This document shows positions 7,649-19,457 of a DNA stretch of 64,000 nt, in pieces. This DNA is from a virus: positions 1 through 64,000 of IMG/VR virus record IMGVR_UViG_3300042335_000796; one strand, given 5' to 3'. Made by a program: the position numbers and the translations under genes. Positions within the stretch are counted from its first letter, which is position 1; every line of letters starts with the position of its first letter. Below the pieces are notes generated by a model. The model did not search any database. It worked only from the letters and a program-made list of their open reading frames with translations, and was not told the origin of the DNA.

Positions 7649-10600
7649 ATGCCAAGTCCTTTAGATTTTCCATCAACAGCAAGTTTTAGAAATGCTTTAA
7701 TAGTAAGGAATTTAAGTCCATATTCAGTTCCTGGAGTATATTCACCACCAAGTGGACCAAGAATATATGAAGTAATTCAAAGAGATTTACCAGTTATTGA
7801 TTCTGATGATAATTTAATTTTAAATGACCCTTTTGCGGATATCTTATATCCATTAAATGCTTATGGACCATCTGGCGGTTACAATAAAAATATTAATGCA
7901 GGTAATTTAGCAAATACAAAAACTAATTTAGGTGAATATGATTATTCAGATGCGAATTTATTAATTAATAGTGAACAATTTACTAAAGACTCATTTAATA
8001 ATAATATATTTAATCCGTCACCAAATACTTCAACATTTACTGTTGGTAATACTATTCAGCCAAGAACTGGTCCAACTGTTCAATTTTATACTAATTATGG
8101 CGTTCCAACTTCTTTTGTTCCATCATCATATTCACCATATCAACTTTTATTACAAGATAATCCTCAAGGTACTAATGGAAGATTATCACAAGATTCATAT
8201 TTAGCGAGACTTGGTGCAACAACATTAAGAAACGAATTTAGAGAAAGAATTGCAAGAGAATTAACACAAAATACAATAGGTAGAGTTAATTTACCTAATG
8301 CTGTTTCAGACCCTATTGAAGCTTTACAAATTTTACAAGGTAAAAGACCACTTATAGAAAGAGATTGGGTAATTACAAGACCTTCAAATTTAGCATTAAG
8401 AGGCATAGATTTTACAGCAAGACTATCTGGGGCTTATTATCCATCATCACCAATTCCTGGTGAATATTTTCAATTTAGTGAACAGAATTTAAGTCTTTTT
8501 GGTCAGATATCTGCAGCGTTTAATAATGGTAAAACGCCATCTGGTGGTATTTTGGGTAAAGTTATGGGTTTACTTTCAAAAGAAAAAAATCCATCGCAAT
8601 TATTTTTGGATAATACTGGTGATGGTCAAAAATCACAATTATTTTATCTTCTTGATTATAACAAATATACGCCAACATATGAGCGTAGTAATTTGGGGCT
8701 TGTTAATACTGTAAGAGACTTTTTTAGAAGCTTATTGGATAAACCTTCTGAAGGTGGTTATTATGTTGGTAGTAAACAATCTGAGCCATCATTAATAAAC
8801 TCACCAAGTGGAGACTTGCCATTAAATTCTTTTGGTCAAGAAGTTCAGTCACCAGTATATGGTCCTGAAGTTTTAAGTAATTTATTTGAAGGGGACCAAA
8901 GATTAAAATTTGGATTTAATGGTAAAAGTTTAACAGATGGTGGTGGTATTGACGGTGGTTTTGTTTGGACTTCACAAAAGTACAATAATCCAGGATTTAA
9001 AGCGACTGTTGGTGGAGACCAAGGTCCTGAAGATTCTGAATTCAATTTGATTAAATCACAAATTGATTCATCAATATCTCAAAATTATAACTTTAAACAA
9101 GGTTCTATCTTAGATATTACACAAAGATTAGTTGATTCTACGCCAAATGGTTCTAAAAGATTATCTCACGTTGGTAATGCTATTAATCAATTAAGTAAGG
9201 TGTTTAATGATGGATATAAAGAAATAACTAAAGGGTCTAAAGTAATTGGATATACTAATCCATCTAAAGGCCAGTACGTTTCGTCAAATATTTATTGCAG
9301 AGTATTCACCAAAGATACGCCATATTATACATATGCAGATTTACAAAAAACTGATGGTAATATTCGAAAATTTACATATTCAATATTAGATAATACATAT
9401 AATTTAAATATTGCACCATTAAAAAATCCTGGTTCAACAAATATTGTAGATAATAAAGTTAAAAAATATATGTTCTCACTTGAAAATCTTGCATGGAGAA
9501 CATCAAATAGACCAGGATTTACATACGATGATTTACCAGTTTGTGAACGAGGCCCCAATGGTGGTAGAATAATGTGGTTTCCTCCGTATGATTTACAATT
9601 TAATGAGTCGGCAACACCATCATTTCAAGATAATGATTTTCTTGGAAGACCTGAACCAATATACACATATAAAAACACTAAAAGAACTGGTAGTGTTAGT
9701 TGGAAGATAATTGTTGACCATCCAAGCATATTAAATACCATTGTTAATAATGAATTAAGAAAAGAGACAAATACTGAAAATATTAATGCAATTGTTGATT
9801 CATTTTTTGCAGGATGTTTAAAATATGATATATATGAGCTTGCAAAACGTTGGAATACATTATCACCTAATGAATTATTTGAAATTCAAAAAATAATTAC
9901 TGATGTTAATTTAAAAGGTGAAGATTTAGACAATTTGAAAAAAAATGCTCAGAGTGTTAATTTACAAAATTCTGAACCAAATGGTGATAGTGGGGTAAAT
10001 CCAGATATTTCATCAAACAATATTAATATAATTAATTTTAGTAATTATGAAAATTTAGGATTTTATTTTGATAATGATTATCCAGACCCCAAAACTGAAA
10101 GGACAACGGCAACTGCTAATTTTCAAACTTGGTATAATACATATACATCGCCAAAAGATATTAAAAGATATCAAGATAACGCTAAAAACAAACAATCTGT
10201 TGATACATTTTTTGAAAAAGTAATAATTAATAATTACAATTATATTAATTCTGAATTATTAAATGCTATTCAAGAGTATTTTGAAAGTTTTATTAATGTA
10301 AATAATGATGGTGTAAAGCCAAATTTAAAAATATTTCTTAAAGGTTCAGCATCATCACCAAATACAAAAAATTATAACATTAATTTATCTAAACGTAGAA
10401 TAGATTCTGTAAAAAAATATTTTGAAACTATTCGTGATGGGTTTTTTAAACCATATGTTGATAACAAAAATTTAGAAATTTCTGAATCAGCTCTTGGTGA
10501 AGAAACAACTGTTACGCCACGTACAGTACCTTCAGATATTACTTATAATTCTTATAATTGTACGGATGCGGATACAAACAATGTAAATTATGATAAGATA

Positions 10601-12580
10601 TATTCTGTAGATGCTATGGCGTGTCGTAGAGTTGTTATTGATAAAATTGTAGCTTACTATCCACCACCAGTAAACATTAATACGCAAAATACGACACAAA
10701 ATAATGACCCTAATGAAGTTATTATAACACCGCCAAGGCCAACAGTAACAATTCAGCAAAAATTAAGAGATGGTATATCTAAAAAGATTTTAAGAAGATT
10801 ATTATCTGAATGTGATTATTTTGAATTAATTAAAGAATCTAATCCGATGTTTTATGATTCAGTTAAAGAAAAACTTAAATATTTTTCTCCAGCATTTCAT
10901 TCAATTACACCTGAAGGATTAAATTCTCGATTAACATTTTTACAACAATGTACAAGACCTGGTGACACAATACCAGTAATTGGTACAGATGGTAAACCAA
11001 AATATGATAATGCAACAAATACTAATTTTGGTGCACCACCTGTTTTAGTTCTTAGAATTGGTGATTTTTTTCATACGAAAATTGTTCCAACGGGTTTACA
11101 AATTGGTTATGACCCATTAGTTCTTGATATTAATCCTGAAGGTATTGGTGTTCAACCAATGATTGCTAAAGTTACATTAAATTTTAATTTTGTTGGTGGG
11201 CAAGGTCTAAAAGAACCGATTAATAAATTACAAAATGCCTTAAGTTTTAATTATTATGCGAATACTGAAATGTTTGACGAAAGAGCTGACGCTACTGATG
11301 ATTCGTATAAAGTATTTGATGAGGATTTAAAAAATGATATATTGTCCCAAAGTCAACCAGTATTACCTGTTAATAATAATATTGAAAATGCTGGTGGTCA
11401 AACAATTGGTACAATATTAACACAACAAAGTTTAGAAAATGGTATTTCAGGTACAACTTCATATCAAAAAATAATGGGAGCATTATTAACAGATGGTCAA
11501 ACATATATTGACTCAGTGTATAATAAATTTAATCAGATTATTACAAATTATAATTTACCATTGGTTAATTTGCTTACACAATCTGTTAAGTATAATACGG
11601 GTAATATTTTACAATACAGTGCGGAACCAAAGTCATTAAAAATTATTGGCAAATCTGATTCATATGAGTCATTAATAATTAGTTTAACTAATAAAATAAT
11701 TGATGAAATTGAAAAAGTTAATAGTAAAAATGATGATGGTTATGGTTTAATTAAAGAATTATATAATAATAATTGTAAAAAAACTTACATTAAACAATTT
11801 AAATTAAATTTAATTAATTATTTACTTAGATTACAAGAAAATGTTATATTAAATTTAACAGAGATTAATAATGAATTTGTATCTGTTCAACAAAAATTAA
11901 TTACAGATTTTTCAAAAATCGATTTTGTTGCAACATTAAGTGATGGTTATATTAATTCGAATCAAGATGCAATAGTATATAATCTATTATCAACAACTGG
12001 CGTTACACCAAATAGTAAATATGCTAATACATTAGATGAGTTAGTTGGTGACTATAAATTAAGTAGTGATAAATTAAATAGTTATTATCAATTATATAAT
12101 CAATATAATTTAGTTAATAAAGATATTACTATTAATAATCTTAGTATAGTAAACGAAATTGAAAATTTTAAATTCTTAGCAAATACTGATAAATTAGTAT
12201 ATGTTTTAATGTCAAATATTATTTTAAATAGTGAAGAGTTTAATAAATTTACTGATGCTGTTTTAAAAGATATTGAAATTGATATTAATTTAAGTACAAC
12301 AAATGTAAAAACAGTTTTTAATAACTATTTTAAGAATAAGGAACCAATATATCGAGGTCAATATAATAGTGATTTAACATATTTTAAAGGAATTACCTCA
12401 GAATATAATTTATTATATAAAAAATGGAGTCAATTTGATAACACGTCTAATAGAGTTTTTAATTTTAACAATTTTACACCAGCAACTGATGAACAAAAAA
12501 CGAGGATTCAAAATATATATAAAAACGGTAATTCAAATGAAGATACCAAAGTGTTTAATGGAAAAAATAAATTAAATTGA
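7649..12580 (+). CDS. Large baseplate/tail-tube initiator-like protein with an inserted OmpA-like domain
   Basis: FLGRPEPIYTYKNTKR and APPVLVLRIGDFF...PMIAKVTLNFNFVGG (gp48/gp54-like); GSASS...YNINLSKRRIDSV...CRRV (OmpA C-like). Confidence 0.65.
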   Translation: MPSPLDFPSTASFRNALIVRNLSPYSVPGVYSPPSGPRIYEVIQRDLPVIDSDDNLILNDPFADILYPLNAYGPSGGYNKNINAGNLANTKTNLGEYDYSDANLLINSEQFTKDSFNNNIFNPSPNTSTFTVGNTIQPRTGPTVQFYTNYGVPTSFVPSSYSPYQLLLQDNPQGTNGRLSQDSYLARLGATTLRNEFRERIARELTQNTIGRVNLPNAVSDPIEALQILQGKRPLIERDWVITRPSNLALRGIDFTARLSGAYYPSSPIPGEYFQFSEQNLSLFGQISAAFNNGKTPSGGILGKVMGLLSKEKNPSQLFLDNTGDGQKSQLFYLLDYNKYTPTYERSNLGLVNTVRDFFRSLLDKPSEGGYYVGSKQSEPSLINSPSGDLPLNSFGQEVQSPVYGPEVLSNLFEGDQRLKFGFNGKSLTDGGGIDGGFVWTSQKYNNPGFKATVGGDQGPEDSEFNLIKSQIDSSISQNYNFKQGSILDITQRLVDSTPNGSKRLSHVGNAINQLSKVFNDGYKEITKGSKVIGYTNPSKGQYVSSNIYCRVFTKDTPYYTYADLQKTDGNIRKFTYSILDNTYNLNIAPLKNPGSTNIVDNKVKKYMFSLENLAWRTSNRPGFTYDDLPVCERGPNGGRIMWFPPYDLQFNESATPSFQDNDFLGRPEPIYTYKNTKRTGSVSWKIIVDHPSILNTIVNNELRKETNTENINAIVDSFFAGCLKYDIYELAKRWNTLSPNELFEIQKIITDVNLKGEDLDNLKKNAQSVNLQNSEPNGDSGVNPDISSNNINIINFSNYENLGFYFDNDYPDPKTERTTATANFQTWYNTYTSPKDIKRYQDNAKNKQSVDTFFEKVIINNYNYINSELLNAIQEYFESFINVNNDGVKPNLKIFLKGSASSPNTKNYNINLSKRRIDSVKKYFETIRDGFFKPYVDNKNLEISESALGEETTVTPRTVPSDITYNSYNCTDADTNNVNYDKIYSVDAMACRRVVIDKIVAYYPPPVNINTQNTTQNNDPNEVIITPPRPTVTIQQKLRDGISKKILRRLLSECDYFELIKESNPMFYDSVKEKLKYFSPAFHSITPEGLNSRLTFLQQCTRPGDTIPVIGTDGKPKYDNATNTNFGAPPVLVLRIGDFFHTKIVPTGLQIGYDPLVLDINPEGIGVQPMIAKVTLNFNFVGGQGLKEPINKLQNALSFNYYANTEMFDERADATDDSYKVFDEDLKNDILSQSQPVLPVNNNIENAGGQTIGTILTQQSLENGISGTTSYQKIMGALLTDGQTYIDSVYNKFNQIITNYNLPLVNLLTQSVKYNTGNILQYSAEPKSLKIIGKSDSYESLIISLTNKIIDEIEKVNSKNDDGYGLIKELYNNNCKKTYIKQFKLNLINYLLRLQENVILNLTEINNEFVSVQQKLITDFSKIDFVATLSDGYINSNQDAIVYNLLSTTGVTPNSKYANTLDELVGDYKLSSDKLNSYYQLYNQYNLVNKDITINNLSIVNEIENFKFLANTDKLVYVLMSNIILNSEEFNKFTDAVLKDIEIDINLSTTNVKTVFNNYFKNKEPIYRGQYNSDLTYFKGITSEYNLLYKKWSQFDNTSNRVFNFNNFTPATDEQKTRIQNIYKNGNSNEDTKVFNGKNKLN

Positions 12581-12903
12581 TGTCAACATTATATTATAAT
12601 AGATACAATAATTTTTTAATTAATGGCCAACAAACCGTTGTACCATTTGTGAAGATTCCTTCAAAATCTACAGATAAACAATTTATTTATCGTCAAGGTA
12701 TTAGTAGATTAGATAAAATATCTCAAGAGTATTATCAGAGTCCTGTATTTGGTTGGTTAATTATGCTTGCTAATCCACAGTATGGTGGGCTTGAATGGAA
12801 TATACCTGATGGTTCTATATTGACAATTCCATTTCCTTTAATATCTTCTATTCAGGATTATGAATCTCAATTAAATAATTATTTCTTTTATTATGGTAGG
12901 TAA
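12580..12903 (+). CDS. Baseplate wedge protein (gp53/LysM-like)
   Basis: RLDKISQEYYQSPVFGWLIMLANP...IPDGSILTIP. Confidence 0.75.
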   Translation: MSTLYYNRYNNFLINGQQTVVPFVKIPSKSTDKQFIYRQGISRLDKISQEYYQSPVFGWLIMLANPQYGGLEWNIPDGSILTIPFPLISSIQDYESQLNNYFFYYGR

Positions 12904-15900
12904 TGAAAATATTCTTGTCGATTTTGACTGTCAAAACTTAATTTTAGTTAACCCAAATAAAGTTGTTAATGATTTTGGTGAAGTTAATGACAGATTAATT
13001 AATCATGAAAATTTAGTTTTTTATGCTAATTTAGAGTGCTCATTATTTCCAAGAACAAGACTTGCTGTAGGTTCAAATGGTAATTATAACAATGAAACAA
13101 TATCAATTGCTAAAGTAAATTTTTTAAAACCTGGTAATAAAACAAATTTAACAAATGAATATTTAGATGAGATTACTGGTTTAGATACTGTTAAAGGTAA
13201 AGGTGTCAATCAAATCATTGAAAAAACTAATAATCAATCCTCTGAAAAATATATTACGCAAACTGTAGAAAATAATATTGATACAGAATTATTAGGAATT
13301 ACTCAAATTGAGATTAATTCCAATTTAAGTTTTATGCCAGAAGTAACAATTCAAATGGAAGATATCCGTGGCAGAGCTTTATTTGAGAAAGGTGAAAATT
13401 CCCCATATTCAGTATTTTTCAATTATCCATATCCACTTTTTTATTTAACAGTAAAAGGCTATTTAGGCCAAGCAATTAAATATCAATTAGCATTAAGAAC
13501 ATTCTCAGCCAGATTTGATACTGAAAGTGGAAATTTTAAAATAACTGTTAAATTTTATACATATAAGTATAATATTCTTACAATGTTACCTATGAAGACA
13601 ATAATGAATGTGCCTTATATGTATCGAAAAAAATATCAAATTTCTCCAACAAATAATGCTAATTTACAGTCTTCAGCTAATCAGTTAAACCAAAATCGGA
13701 AACCAGTATCAGTAATAACTTCATCAAAAGGATATGAAAAAGTTAGAGAAGTTTATTCAGATTATAAATCTAAAGGGTTAATACCTGACAATTTTCCTGA
13801 AATAACAATTCAGGATTTATTAATTAGATTAGAAAATCTTGAGACATACATTTTGAATACTTTTACACAAGCTGATTTAATACCGTTAACAGATGCTAAA
13901 AATTATAGAACAACATTAAATAAATTTGAGGGTGAAGTTATATTATATAATCAAGTATCTTGGGTTAATAAGTATTTGAACACTAAAGATTTTTATAGTT
14001 ATAATAATAATAGAATATATACGTTTAAAAAAGAAATTGTTGAAAATGGATTAATTTCAAGAGCTTTAGTTGAATTAAAGGAAATAACCAATAAATACAA
14101 TGAAGAATTAAAAGAAAATAAAACATATGGATTAAATGGTAATTACACAATTAACAATAAAACAATTAATTCAAGTGTATATCAAAAAATAAAGGTTAAT
14201 AAAATTAATCCTTTATTAAATAATAAAGATTATGAAGAGTCTTACAAATTAAGATTTAATAAAAATCCATTAACAAATACTGAAGATTTTAATAGGTTTG
14301 TTAATGAAAGTAAGGTATTATTTTTATCATTACCAAATAATACATTTAATAGTACAATGTGGTTTTCATTTGATGGTAATGGTGAGTTTACTAAACAAAT
14401 TCAGTTAATGAATAATCGTTTAGATGAAAAACAACAATTAATTCAAAAAGAACTTACTGAGATTTTATCAACACGTCTTTCAAGTAGTGATGGTGGATTA
14501 GGTTTCAAACCAAGTATACGTAATATTCTTGCTGTAATATTAGCAAATACTGAAGCATTTATTAGACTTATGTGTGATGTTCATGAATCAGCTTGGGAAC
14601 AGCGTCAAAATAAATATAGACTTGAATCTATTATTGGTACAAATTCTACAGTATTATCTTCAGATTCTAAAGATAGAGTACAAATTGAAGGTGAAGAATT
14701 AAATCCAGTATATCCATGGCCTCAATATTTTAGAGAGACTAATGATGATAATGGTGAAAAGTATGAGTTAATGTATCCTGGGGACGCAACAGTTATCTCT
14801 AAAACTAAAGGATATTTATATGATGTATGGCCTGAAATTGAATTTATTGAAGAATTTTTAAAAGCTGATGTTTTAACAAAAGATGGTGGAAGTTTATCTG
14901 AAATAACACCTTATACAAATGCCCAATATGTTGTTAACAGAGTATCTTTAAATAGTATTGATTTTCCGACAAGTAATACAATATTTTCAAATAAACAAGA
15001 AAGTAAATTTCTTTATGAAATATGGGAAAGACTGTATTTAGCATCTTTTTATCAGAGATTTAACAAAAGGGGTGCTAAAAATAGAATAGCTGATGTAATT
15101 TCAGAATCTGAATTTATTAATATCCAAAAATCTCTTGGTGCAACATCACCAAGTTTAACTCAAAAATTAAAAAATTATGGATTTAATTCTACAAATTATG
15201 AATCAGTATTATATAATATTTCAAATAACGGTTTAGGAGAAAGTTGGCAAAAGTACATTAGAGGGGATTTTGCAACATCATATATTCAACAAGAAATTGA
15301 AAATAGTTTTGCAATATTTGATAAAGAATTATTAGATAATAACTCAAATGTTATCGAGCCAGAACCTACACAAATATCTAAATTACAAGATTATTTATTA
15401 AGTACTGAATCCAATAATTTTGAGTTTTTAGATACTGTTCCATATAATAACGATACATGGTATGTTAAAAATTTAGCAAATTCAAAAACTACAAGTATAG
15501 CGCAAACTTTCAATACTACACAAACATTATTTTATAATGTAAACAAAAAAATGATTTCAAATTTTACTCCAGAAATGTCAACTAATGAAGTTAGACCTGT
15601 TGTAAATTTTAATATATATAAAATTTTTAATATTGACCCTACGCCAACCCAAAATAGGCTATCAACATTTTATTCTGAAAAAACAAACGCTAAAATGTAT
15701 CCTACTGAAGGTTTTATTAATTATAGTGGAAATGTTTTACAAACCACATCAATATTAAATACTCCATATTTTATTAATTCAATTCAGGAGGGTGTAAACA
15801 ACTGGCTTAATGGTGATAAAAATCCATATAAAGCTGCAGCATATCTTTTCTTGAATAGTTTACCATTATCAACATTAAGAGAAAAATATAAAACATATAC

Positions 15901-18900
15901 ATCAAATGAAACAACAAATGATTTAGATTATATTTTTGCAACATTTAAAAAATATGGAGCCTTACACAAGGTACCATATGCTTTTATATTGAAGTACGGT
16001 TCTATATGGCATAGATATAAAAATTATGTAGAAAATGGTGTTGATATATTACAAAATGTTTTTACAAATTTTAGTGCACAAACAAATTATGACCCAATCG
16101 GTAATAGTTTATCAAAAGAGTATAATTTAATTATTAATGGTACTCCTAAAAAAATTGTAGCACAAAATACAACGACTGTTGGAGCAACAAGTTTAACAGA
16201 AATTAATGTAGGATTTTATCCAAAATTAATAAATGATTTTAGCGTATTTTTAAGGGGATATCAAATTTTTGATACATATTCAGATTCTGATATCCAATCA
16301 CAATTAAATGTTACAAATGGTTTTAATTTGGTTTTTGGTGATAGTTCATCATTTAATTTAGATGTTGGTTATGACCCATTAAATATAAACGATAGATTAA
16401 GATTCAAAACTTGGTCAGTATCTTTACAAGATTCATTATTAAATAAAACATATATTTTACCATCTTTTGGTACAAATATTAATCAAGTTTTAAATGAATG
16501 TATTGTTGATAATAAATTAAAGCAACCAATAAAAAATAACCCATCTATATTTAATGGTTCAGTAAGAACTTTTTGGTCTTTACCTAATTACGGTTATTTC
16601 AATAATTCGAATATCGTAATTGCAACACCTGAGCAGTATTTAAAACAAATTTTAACAGGCGAAAGCGAACAGCAAACATTTATTTTAAATAATTCAGATA
16701 ATTACACAAACATTGAAGAAATTTTTTCAATTTTTGACAGGTCGGCTTTAGACATTATGGAAACTGAATTTTTAAATTTTGCTAAATCTGAATATGATTT
16801 TGAAGTTCAGGGTGTATCAACATCATCAAGTGGAACAACTATTAATAAAATTATTATAGATTCTTTACCTAATAATACTGAAACAACATATAAAAACTTT
16901 CAATTATTAATAAAAGAATTATTATCCGTTAATCAAGTATCTTATACAAATTCTGAAAATTTTATTAATTCTAATAAACAAAGCCAATTAAATAATGCTA
17001 ATTTAATAATTCAGAAATTTATTGAATATGATGTAGTAATTAAAAATGGTAATCCTGCAAATTATAATCGTAAAGTGTTTGAAAGTTTTAGACAAAACAC
17101 TAACATTATTGATACCTTAACATATGAACCATATATTGAAAATAGTTTACCAACTATCGGTGGTACAACTACATTAGCACAATCTGTATTAGCATATCCT
17201 TCAGCTTGGAAAGCATTAAGAACTTATGTCGGATTTTCATCAATAGATGGTTTAAAATATTCTGATAATGGTAGTTTTTACACTGATTTCTTTGTTGATA
17301 TGAATATTGAGTTTAGTGAAAAATCTGTTAAAGAGTTGGCTCCACTAATTAAAGTGTATGCAACACAAAAAACAAAAAATAATGTTATAAATAGAAATCA
17401 ATTTGTTCAGCTTATTGAGAATTATTTAAATTCAGAACAAGAATTTTCAAATTTATTATTAAATAGTTTATTTCAAAAGGTAAATAAAAATTTACCAAAT
17501 GTTTCCGAAGCAAGTATTTCTGAAAAAACTACAGCTATAGATTCTGAAGTTACTAAATTACAATTATGGGAAAAATTTAAATCAATAAATGATTCTTGGA
17601 TTTCAGGATATGATTATAAGCAAACAACATTCTTAGAAGATGTTTTAATATTAGATAGAGCAAATCGTGATATTGGCAATGATATTTTAATTGACCCATA
17701 TAAAGTTAGAATATTGTTAACAGATATGAATGAAAGTGCTTCAGTATTCGCATATATTAACTCAATAATGACCAAGCATGACTTTGTTACAATGATGAGT
17801 CCAGGTTATGTTAATTTTTATAATGTTCAAGAAGTTCAGCGCAATTCAGTACCAAAAATTGAAGGTACACTCGAATTTGCTAATAATCTTTTTGGTACAT
17901 TTTTAAATGTTGATACCAGAAAAGCATCACCAAAGTTAATTTGCACATACATTGCAAAACCGAGTGAATACCCTAATATGGATAAAAATCAAACTTTCAG
18001 ATTTAAAAATGATGCATTTAAATTTGGTTGTGGTGGTGATAACCCATTACTTGATAAATTAAAAGATAAGCAAAATTGGGGATTAACTAACCGAGTTGTA
18101 GGATTTAATGTTGATATTGGGTTAAGAAATCAAAATATATTTTATAGATTTAATGTTAGCCAGGATTTAGGTAAACAAACTTTGGAATCCATGGAACAAG
18201 TTAATAGAATGATTAATCAAGCTAACGGTAAAAAAGTTGCGACACAAAACGTTTCTTTATGGAATTTTTACACAACAAGGTCTTATGAATGTGAAGTTGA
18301 ATCGTTAGGTAATGCATTAATTCAACCAACTATGTATTTTAATTTACAATATGTTCCAATGTTTAATGGTCCTTATCATATAAATGAAGTACGACATGTA
18401 ATTACACCAAGTTCATTTAGAACAACATTTAAAGGTATTAGACAACAAATTTTCGCATTACCTAAAATAAGTAATTATATTCAAAGTTTAACTAATCAAA
18501 TATTTAATGATTTAGTTAAGACAACAACGCAAAGCGTAAGTACAAATCCAACAAATAGTAATACTGGAACAACTCAAAATTCCCCAAGTAACCCAATAAA
18601 AAGAAATACTTTTAAAATTGATAATAATTCGAGTAATTGTTTAAGAATTATTAATAAAAAATTTACTAATTATATTTCTGTAGAAGAATCTGGAAGTAAA
18701 CTTAATATTACAGATGTTATTAATAAAATAAAAGAGCAGGTTACTATAGGGGGTAATTTAACAAATTCAAGAGTTTTAACATTTGTAACAATTTATTTAG
18801 CAACATATAATGATAATGTATTTACTACTTGGAATAATAATTTTTGTGGAGCAAGATTAGATGTAAATTGGAGGGGTAATTTGCAATTTTTCTTTAATAA

Positions 18901-19195
18901 AGAATTTATTTGTCAAATAGGTTCAGATGGTGTTTCTTATCCTTATGCAGTTTTTGATGATTTAAATATAATGCTTAAATTTATGGAGGCTTTTTGGCAA
19001 AATGTTTCAGGCACATTTTCAACAATAGACGCTCAAACAATTTTTGCAAAATGGAAAAGTAATTTCAATACATCTAATACTTTATCAGCTGGGGCCTTGG
19101 TTGATTATATAAATAAGAATCAGGAAGAATATAATTATTATTTAAAAGAAATTGAAAAAGCTCTTAAATTGGCAAAAGATAATTCATTGTATTAA
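12893..19195 (+). CDS. Giant baseplate hub protein (gp27/gpD-like ends) with a C-terminal lysozyme/GH73-like region
   Basis: 2100 aa; N-terminal LLGITQIEI...VTIQMEDIRG; CEVESLGNALIQP...FNGPYHINEVRHVI; C-terminal NNNFCG...YAVF. Confidence 0.55.
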   Translation: MVGNENILVDFDCQNLILVNPNKVVNDFGEVNDRLINHENLVFYANLECSLFPRTRLAVGSNGNYNNETISIAKVNFLKPGNKTNLTNEYLDEITGLDTVKGKGVNQIIEKTNNQSSEKYITQTVENNIDTELLGITQIEINSNLSFMPEVTIQMEDIRGRALFEKGENSPYSVFFNYPYPLFYLTVKGYLGQAIKYQLALRTFSARFDTESGNFKITVKFYTYKYNILTMLPMKTIMNVPYMYRKKYQISPTNNANLQSSANQLNQNRKPVSVITSSKGYEKVREVYSDYKSKGLIPDNFPEITIQDLLIRLENLETYILNTFTQADLIPLTDAKNYRTTLNKFEGEVILYNQVSWVNKYLNTKDFYSYNNNRIYTFKKEIVENGLISRALVELKEITNKYNEELKENKTYGLNGNYTINNKTINSSVYQKIKVNKINPLLNNKDYEESYKLRFNKNPLTNTEDFNRFVNESKVLFLSLPNNTFNSTMWFSFDGNGEFTKQIQLMNNRLDEKQQLIQKELTEILSTRLSSSDGGLGFKPSIRNILAVILANTEAFIRLMCDVHESAWEQRQNKYRLESIIGTNSTVLSSDSKDRVQIEGEELNPVYPWPQYFRETNDDNGEKYELMYPGDATVISKTKGYLYDVWPEIEFIEEFLKADVLTKDGGSLSEITPYTNAQYVVNRVSLNSIDFPTSNTIFSNKQESKFLYEIWERLYLASFYQRFNKRGAKNRIADVISESEFINIQKSLGATSPSLTQKLKNYGFNSTNYESVLYNISNNGLGESWQKYIRGDFATSYIQQEIENSFAIFDKELLDNNSNVIEPEPTQISKLQDYLLSTESNNFEFLDTVPYNNDTWYVKNLANSKTTSIAQTFNTTQTLFYNVNKKMISNFTPEMSTNEVRPVVNFNIYKIFNIDPTPTQNRLSTFYSEKTNAKMYPTEGFINYSGNVLQTTSILNTPYFINSIQEGVNNWLNGDKNPYKAAAYLFLNSLPLSTLREKYKTYTSNETTNDLDYIFATFKKYGALHKVPYAFILKYGSIWHRYKNYVENGVDILQNVFTNFSAQTNYDPIGNSLSKEYNLIINGTPKKIVAQNTTTVGATSLTEINVGFYPKLINDFSVFLRGYQIFDTYSDSDIQSQLNVTNGFNLVFGDSSSFNLDVGYDPLNINDRLRFKTWSVSLQDSLLNKTYILPSFGTNINQVLNECIVDNKLKQPIKNNPSIFNGSVRTFWSLPNYGYFNNSNIVIATPEQYLKQILTGESEQQTFILNNSDNYTNIEEIFSIFDRSALDIMETEFLNFAKSEYDFEVQGVSTSSSGTTINKIIIDSLPNNTETTYKNFQLLIKELLSVNQVSYTNSENFINSNKQSQLNNANLIIQKFIEYDVVIKNGNPANYNRKVFESFRQNTNIIDTLTYEPYIENSLPTIGGTTTLAQSVLAYPSAWKALRTYVGFSSIDGLKYSDNGSFYTDFFVDMNIEFSEKSVKELAPLIKVYATQKTKNNVINRNQFVQLIENYLNSEQEFSNLLLNSLFQKVNKNLPNVSEASISEKTTAIDSEVTKLQLWEKFKSINDSWISGYDYKQTTFLEDVLILDRANRDIGNDILIDPYKVRILLTDMNESASVFAYINSIMTKHDFVTMMSPGYVNFYNVQEVQRNSVPKIEGTLEFANNLFGTFLNVDTRKASPKLICTYIAKPSEYPNMDKNQTFRFKNDAFKFGCGGDNPLLDKLKDKQNWGLTNRVVGFNVDIGLRNQNIFYRFNVSQDLGKQTLESMEQVNRMINQANGKKVATQNVSLWNFYTTRSYECEVESLGNALIQPTMYFNLQYVPMFNGPYHINEVRHVITPSSFRTTFKGIRQQIFALPKISNYIQSLTNQIFNDLVKTTTQSVSTNPTNSNTGTTQNSPSNPIKRNTFKIDNNSSNCLRIINKKFTNYISVEESGSKLNITDVINKIKEQVTIGGNLTNSRVLTFVTIYLATYNDNVFTTWNNNFCGARLDVNWRGNLQFFFNKEFICQIGSDGVSYPYAVFDDLNIMLKFMEAFWQNVSGTFSTIDAQTIFAKWKSNFNTSNTLSAGALVDYINKNQEEYNYYLKEIEKALKLAKDNSLY

Positions 19196-19232
19196 TTTTT
19201 TTATTATATATGATATTTATAAATAAAATATT

Positions 19233-19457
19233 ATGGATATTCAAAATAAATTGGACAGTTACTTAAATAAAACAGGTAGATATACTGAAAAAACTACAGA
19301 AAATGGATTTAAAGAGGTTTGTGATTTAGACTCTGGGAATTGTTATACTATTAGAATGAAAGACGGATTAATTGAAAGAGTTGATAATACAATTAATCAA
19401 AATAAAAAAATTCAAGTAGAAACATCAACAGGTATGAAACAACTATTAATTGGATAA
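19233..19457 (+). CDS. Hypothetical protein
   Basis: 74-aa ORF with an upstream TATTTATA motif. Confidence 0.7.
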   Translation: MDIQNKLDSYLNKTGRYTEKTTENGFKEVCDLDSGNCYTIRMKDGLIERVDNTINQNKKIQVETSTGMKQLLIG

